Source: Candidatus Latescibacterota bacterium (GTDB taxonomy: Bacteria; Latescibacterota; UBA2968; GCA-2709665). From it: 64,000 nt of DNA. Under the pieces are notes generated by a model. That model was given only the letters and a program-made list of their open reading frames with translations. It did no database searches and was not told where the DNA came from. The first letter of the stretch is position 1. Each line of letters begins with the position of its first letter. Below are positions 60,407-64,000 of the stretch, in pieces. A program made the translations under genes and the position numbers. The stretch is taken from assembly GCA_965222075.1 (NCBI GenBank), contig OZ244937.1, positions 1,152,001 to 1,216,000 of the forward strand, in the 5' to 3' direction.

Positions 60407-61789
60407 ATGTTAGACAAAACATCTCTCTTAACCGACGAGCAGATGAGATTTTTTATTGTCAATGGATACGTCACGGTCAAAACCGACCTGCCTCCCGGCT
60501 TTCATGGAGCCGTCTTCGAACAGACCGCAGCTGTGTTTGAAAAAGAAGGCAATCCGGGGAACAATTTACTGCCCAGAATCCCTGCTGTTCGAAAGGTCTT
60601 CGATTCTGAGGCCGTGCAGGGCGCCCTGAGAAGTATTTTGGGAGAAGATTATTACATGCAGCCCCATCGCCACTGCCACTACAATCGGCCGGCAAGTCAG
60701 GGGCAAAACATGCATCAGGACGGAGGGAAGCGATGGTCACATCTCACGCGTTGGATACTGGCTTTTTATTATCCTCAAGATACGTTCCAGGCGCTGGGTC
60801 CCACGGGAATCATTCCGGGAAGTCACTATTATAACACACCGGACAGCGCCAAGATCAGCGAGGAACTCCCACTGTGTGGAGAAGCAGGTACGGTAACGAT
60901 TGCCCACTATGATCTCTGGCACAGGGCGATGCCGAATCGCAGCGATCAGAGACGTTATATGATGAAGTTCCTCTTTGCCCGAATGTCGGAGCCCCAATCT
61001 CCTTCCTGGAACAGTGAGCAGACTGATCCGTGGCAAAATGATCCGATTGATGATAAGCGCCAAAGGATGTTTAAACACGTTTGGAACTGGCACTGTGGGC
61101 AGACAAACGGCGGTATGCCACAAGCTCCCCGGTCCGGTGCAGGGTCTATATCGAAGCTTATGGAAGCGCTGGGAAGCGATTGGGAGCCGGCAGGTCTCCA
61201 TGCCGCTTATGCATTAAGTGCGTTCGGAGCGCCGGCCGTGCCTGCGTTGATAGAAGGATTGGGTCATGAATCTGAGACGATATGCCGAAACACCTGCTAT
61301 GCGCTGAGTGCAATGGGGACGCCTGCTGTTGGTGCGTTAATCGGCGCATTGCGCGATGGAGACTGGCGGATTCGTGATCGTGCAGCAGAAACGCTGGGAG
61401 ATATGGGTCTCCCTGCGCGAGCCGCTTTACCTGCGTTAATGCAGGCAATACAGGATGAATCGGAGGAGGTTCGGTCTCATGCGGCTGAAGCGTTAGGGAC
61501 GGTCGGTCAATTGGAGCCAACGACGGCCCCTGCGCTGATTTCAGGACTGCGGGATGAAAATGAGCGCGTCCGCTGCAACGCAACATTGGCATTGGCACGC
61601 CTGGGTGCGCATGCTAAGGATGCTGTTGATGCATTGCAAGCCGTACTTTCTGATGAAGATCGGTATGTTCGTGGTGATGCGGCTCATGCGCTTCACCGAA
61701 TAGGAACCCCGGAAGCCAAAGGCGTGCTGCTGCGATTCCTCACGATGTCCCGGTGGTGCCCGTCAACCACGTCAGACAGCACTTTTTGA
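60407..61789 (+). CDS. PhyH-family dioxygenase fused to HEAT repeats
   Basis: MHQD, PGSH, LWHR; C-terminal AVPALI..L.D....VR..AA.ALG repeats. Confidence 0.87.
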   Translation: MLDKTSLLTDEQMRFFIVNGYVTVKTDLPPGFHGAVFEQTAAVFEKEGNPGNNLLPRIPAVRKVFDSEAVQGALRSILGEDYYMQPHRHCHYNRPASQGQNMHQDGGKRWSHLTRWILAFYYPQDTFQALGPTGIIPGSHYYNTPDSAKISEELPLCGEAGTVTIAHYDLWHRAMPNRSDQRRYMMKFLFARMSEPQSPSWNSEQTDPWQNDPIDDKRQRMFKHVWNWHCGQTNGGMPQAPRSGAGSISKLMEALGSDWEPAGLHAAYALSAFGAPAVPALIEGLGHESETICRNTCYALSAMGTPAVGALIGALRDGDWRIRDRAAETLGDMGLPARAALPALMQAIQDESEEVRSHAAEALGTVGQLEPTTAPALISGLRDENERVRCNATLALARLGAHAKDAVDALQAVLSDEDRYVRGDAAHALHRIGTPEAKGVLLRFLTMSRWCPSTTSDSTF

Positions 61790-61797
61790 GGGTTTGC

Positions 61798-62604
61798 TCA
61801 GCCTTGCAGTCCTGCCTGCGTGCGTGCGGCAGCACGCGCAGGCAGGTCGGCGGTGACCGGTTCGTAGTCACGGGAGACAACCCAGTCCGGCCGGGGGTTC
61901 TGGACGCTTTTGGGGATGTTATCGATGGCGCTGTAGGCGAAGATCACCGTCTGGCGAGGCGCGGGTGAGAAGTTGTGATTGGAGCCGTGCACGATGTTGC
62001 AGTCGAAGAAGCAGACGTCACCGGCCTGGCCGACGACCGGATAGATCATGCCCTCGTCCGTAATGTGCTTCCGCAGCGCTTCGGGCTGGATGCACCACTG
62101 TTTGTAGCTTGTCGTCACGTCGTCGTCGTAGTGGTCGAGCACGCCCCACTTGTGGGACCCCGCGACGAGGAGTACGCAGCCGTTGTGAATCGTGTTTGGG
62201 CCGAACATGATCAGGACCGACACCAGGCGGTCATCAACGCCGTCGTATTGCCAGTAGCCGTAATCCTGGTGCCACAGCCAGACTGTGCCCTCAAAGGATT
62301 CCTTCAGGTTCAGCTTGCTGTGAAATATGTAGGCGTCGTCGCCCAGGATCTGTTTGACCGGTCCCCCGATTGCCTCCGATCTGCACATACTGCGCCAGGG
62401 CTCGACACGGCGATGCATGCAGAACACGGTGCGCACGGGTCCGCTCTTTTCTCTGACGATGTGCACCTCCTCGGGATTGTTCTTCTCATTCACCAGATCG
62501 GCGGTGGAGGCCCGCAGTTCGTCGATCTGCTGCGGAGACAGGAGCCCCGGTTGAAAGAGAAATCCCTGTTCACGGTATGTCTGAAGCTGTGTGTCGGTCC
62601 ACAT
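61798..62604 (-). CDS. PhyH-family dioxygenase (ectoine/proline hydroxylase-like)
   Basis: HSKLNLK, WHQDYGYW, GSHK, VHGSNHN.S..PR; RBS GAGAGG before ATG 62604. Confidence 0.88.
   Translation of the reverse strand: MWTDTQLQTYREQGFLFQPGLLSPQQIDELRASTADLVNEKNNPEEVHIVREKSGPVRTVFCMHRRVEPWRSMCRSEAIGGPVKQILGDDAYIFHSKLNLKESFEGTVWLWHQDYGYWQYDGVDDRLVSVLIMFGPNTIHNGCVLLVAGSHKWGVLDHYDDDVTTSYKQWCIQPEALRKHITDEGMIYPVVGQAGDVCFFDCNIVHGSNHNFSPAPRQTVIFAYSAIDNIPKSVQNPRPDWVVSRDYEPVTADLPARAAARTQAGLQG
61811..61846. repeat. 36-bp palindromic element forming the C-terminus of a PhyH gene
   Basis: CCTGCCTGCG...CGCAGGCAGG; encodes LPARAAARTQAG. Confidence 0.85.
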
Positions 62605-62675
62605 AGATCGCCCTCCTCTCAGCGCACGGCCTGCGCTCATCCGGTTTTTTGTTGATCTTCAAAGGCGCGGGATCT

Positions 62676-63995
62676 TCATCTGATCAGCATCTGCGACGGC
62701 AGCCACAGCGACAGCTGCGGAAACGCCATTGTCAGCGCAAGCGCGGCCACGATGAGCAGCAGGAAAGGCCAGACGGACATGTAGATGTCACCCAGCGTGA
62801 TGTTGGGTGGGCTGACACTTTTCATGTAGAAACAGGCCGGACCGAATGGCGGCGACAGGTAGGAGATCTGCATGTTCATGCAGAACACGACGCCGAACCA
62901 CACAATGTCAAACCCCTGTGCCTGAATGATGGGTACGAACAGGGGCATGGTCAGCAGCACGATGCCGATCCAGTCTAAGAACATGCCCAGAAAGATGAGG
63001 ATCAGCTGCATCACCACGATGATGCCCCAGCGTCCGAAGGGGAGGCCGGTCACGGTATTCCGGACGAACTGCGAGCCTCCGGCGAGCGTGTAGACGCCGA
63101 TGAGCGTCTGGGCCCCGAAGAACAGCCACGCCAGCATGCACGTCACTTTGAGCGTGTCGTAGAGAGACCGTTTCACGCTGGCCACCGAAAGCGTGCGGTG
63201 GAATGCAGATACAACCAGGGCCCCCACACACCCGATCCCGGCGGCTTCCGTGGGTGTGGCCACGCCGGCGTAGATGCACCCCAGGACCGCTGCGGCCAGG
63301 GAGAACGGCAGGACCAGCCCGCGCAGCAGCAGCAGTTTCTGCTTCAGCGGGACGCCTCTTTCCTCCGGCGGGGCAGCCGGCGCTACGTGCGGACTCAGGG
63401 ACGACCTGACCAGGATGTAGGCGACAAAGAGGGTGGCCAGGAGCAGACCGGGCACGATGCCGGCGATGAACAGTTCGCCGACCGATGCGCCCGATACCAT
63501 GGCGTAGACGATAAACACGATGCTGGGCGGGATGAGTGTGGCCATGCCGCCTCCGGCGCAGATGCTGCCCAGGGCGATGCGCTTGTCGTAGTTTCTTTCC
63601 AGCATGGCCGGCAGTGCGACCAGGCCGAAGGTCACGATCTCGGCGCCTATGATCCCCACCATCGCGGCCATGATCGTGCAGGAGATCACCGTGCCGACGG
63701 CGAGGCCTCCCCTCAGACCTCCGGACCAGACGTGGACGGCGCGAAAGAGCCGTTCCGTGGCCCCGGACCGCTGGAGGATGGAGGCCATGAGCACGAACAG
63801 AGGAACCGCCACCAGCGTGTAGTTCAGCATCATGGCGTAGACGCGAGCGACCATCATCAGCATCACGAACGGGCCGAACAGGATCAGGGCGAAAATCACC
63901 GAGGTGGCGCCCATCACCCACGCCAGCGGCAGCCCCGACAACAACAAGATGATGAACGTGGCGATGATCAGCAGGGTGATCAGTTCGATGCTCAA
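62676..63995 (-). CDS. dctM: TRAP transporter large permease
   Basis: LVAVPLF, LIPPS, ATPTEAA, LSPPFG; about 12 TM helices. Confidence 0.92.
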   Translation of the reverse strand: MSIELITLLIIATFIILLLSGLPLAWVMGATSVIFALILFGPFVMLMMVARVYAMMLNYTLVAVPLFVLMASILQRSGATERLFRAVHVWSGGLRGGLAVGTVISCTIMAAMVGIIGAEIVTFGLVALPAMLERNYDKRIALGSICAGGGMATLIPPSIVFIVYAMVSGASVGELFIAGIVPGLLLATLFVAYILVRSSLSPHVAPAAPPEERGVPLKQKLLLLRGLVLPFSLAAAVLGCIYAGVATPTEAAGIGCVGALVVSAFHRTLSVASVKRSLYDTLKVTCMLAWLFFGAQTLIGVYTLAGGSQFVRNTVTGLPFGRWGIIVVMQLILIFLGMFLDWIGIVLLTMPLFVPIIQAQGFDIVWFGVVFCMNMQISYLSPPFGPACFYMKSVSPPNITLGDIYMSVWPFLLLIVAALALTMAFPQLSLWLPSQMLIR

Positions 63996-64000
63996 GGATG

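Overview
GC-rich, diderm bacterial chromosome segment. PhyH expansions, FlgD-Ig C-terminal sorting domains, cohesin/dockerin modules and TRAP transport suggest an FCB-group candidate phylum such as Latescibacterota (inference only). Left to right: 3' end of a large uncharacterised protein; nitrogen genes (amtB, TorF-like porin, sigma54-driven gdhA); rraA-like, purL and heparinase-like genes; a ribokinase remnant; bamD-nadD; a sigma54-promoted pair of large secreted lamin-tail-domain (LTD) proteins, one with a dockerin and one with two cohesins and 1263-bp internal repeats; a signalling cluster; a selenocysteine formate dehydrogenase operon (in-frame TGA plus SECIS) interrupted by a BKACE gene; and a long catabolic cluster. 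The two most notable signals are (1) a family of 25-36 bp CCTG(C/T)CTGC...GCAG(G/A)CAGG palindromes, the main form stop-free in all six frames, found both between genes and in-frame inside PurL, a histidine kinase and a dioxygenase, and (2) the apparently non-catalytic LTD cohesin-dockerin surface complex. No rRNA, tRNA, CRISPR array or transposase was recognised. All calls are by-eye motif recognition; no searches were run.
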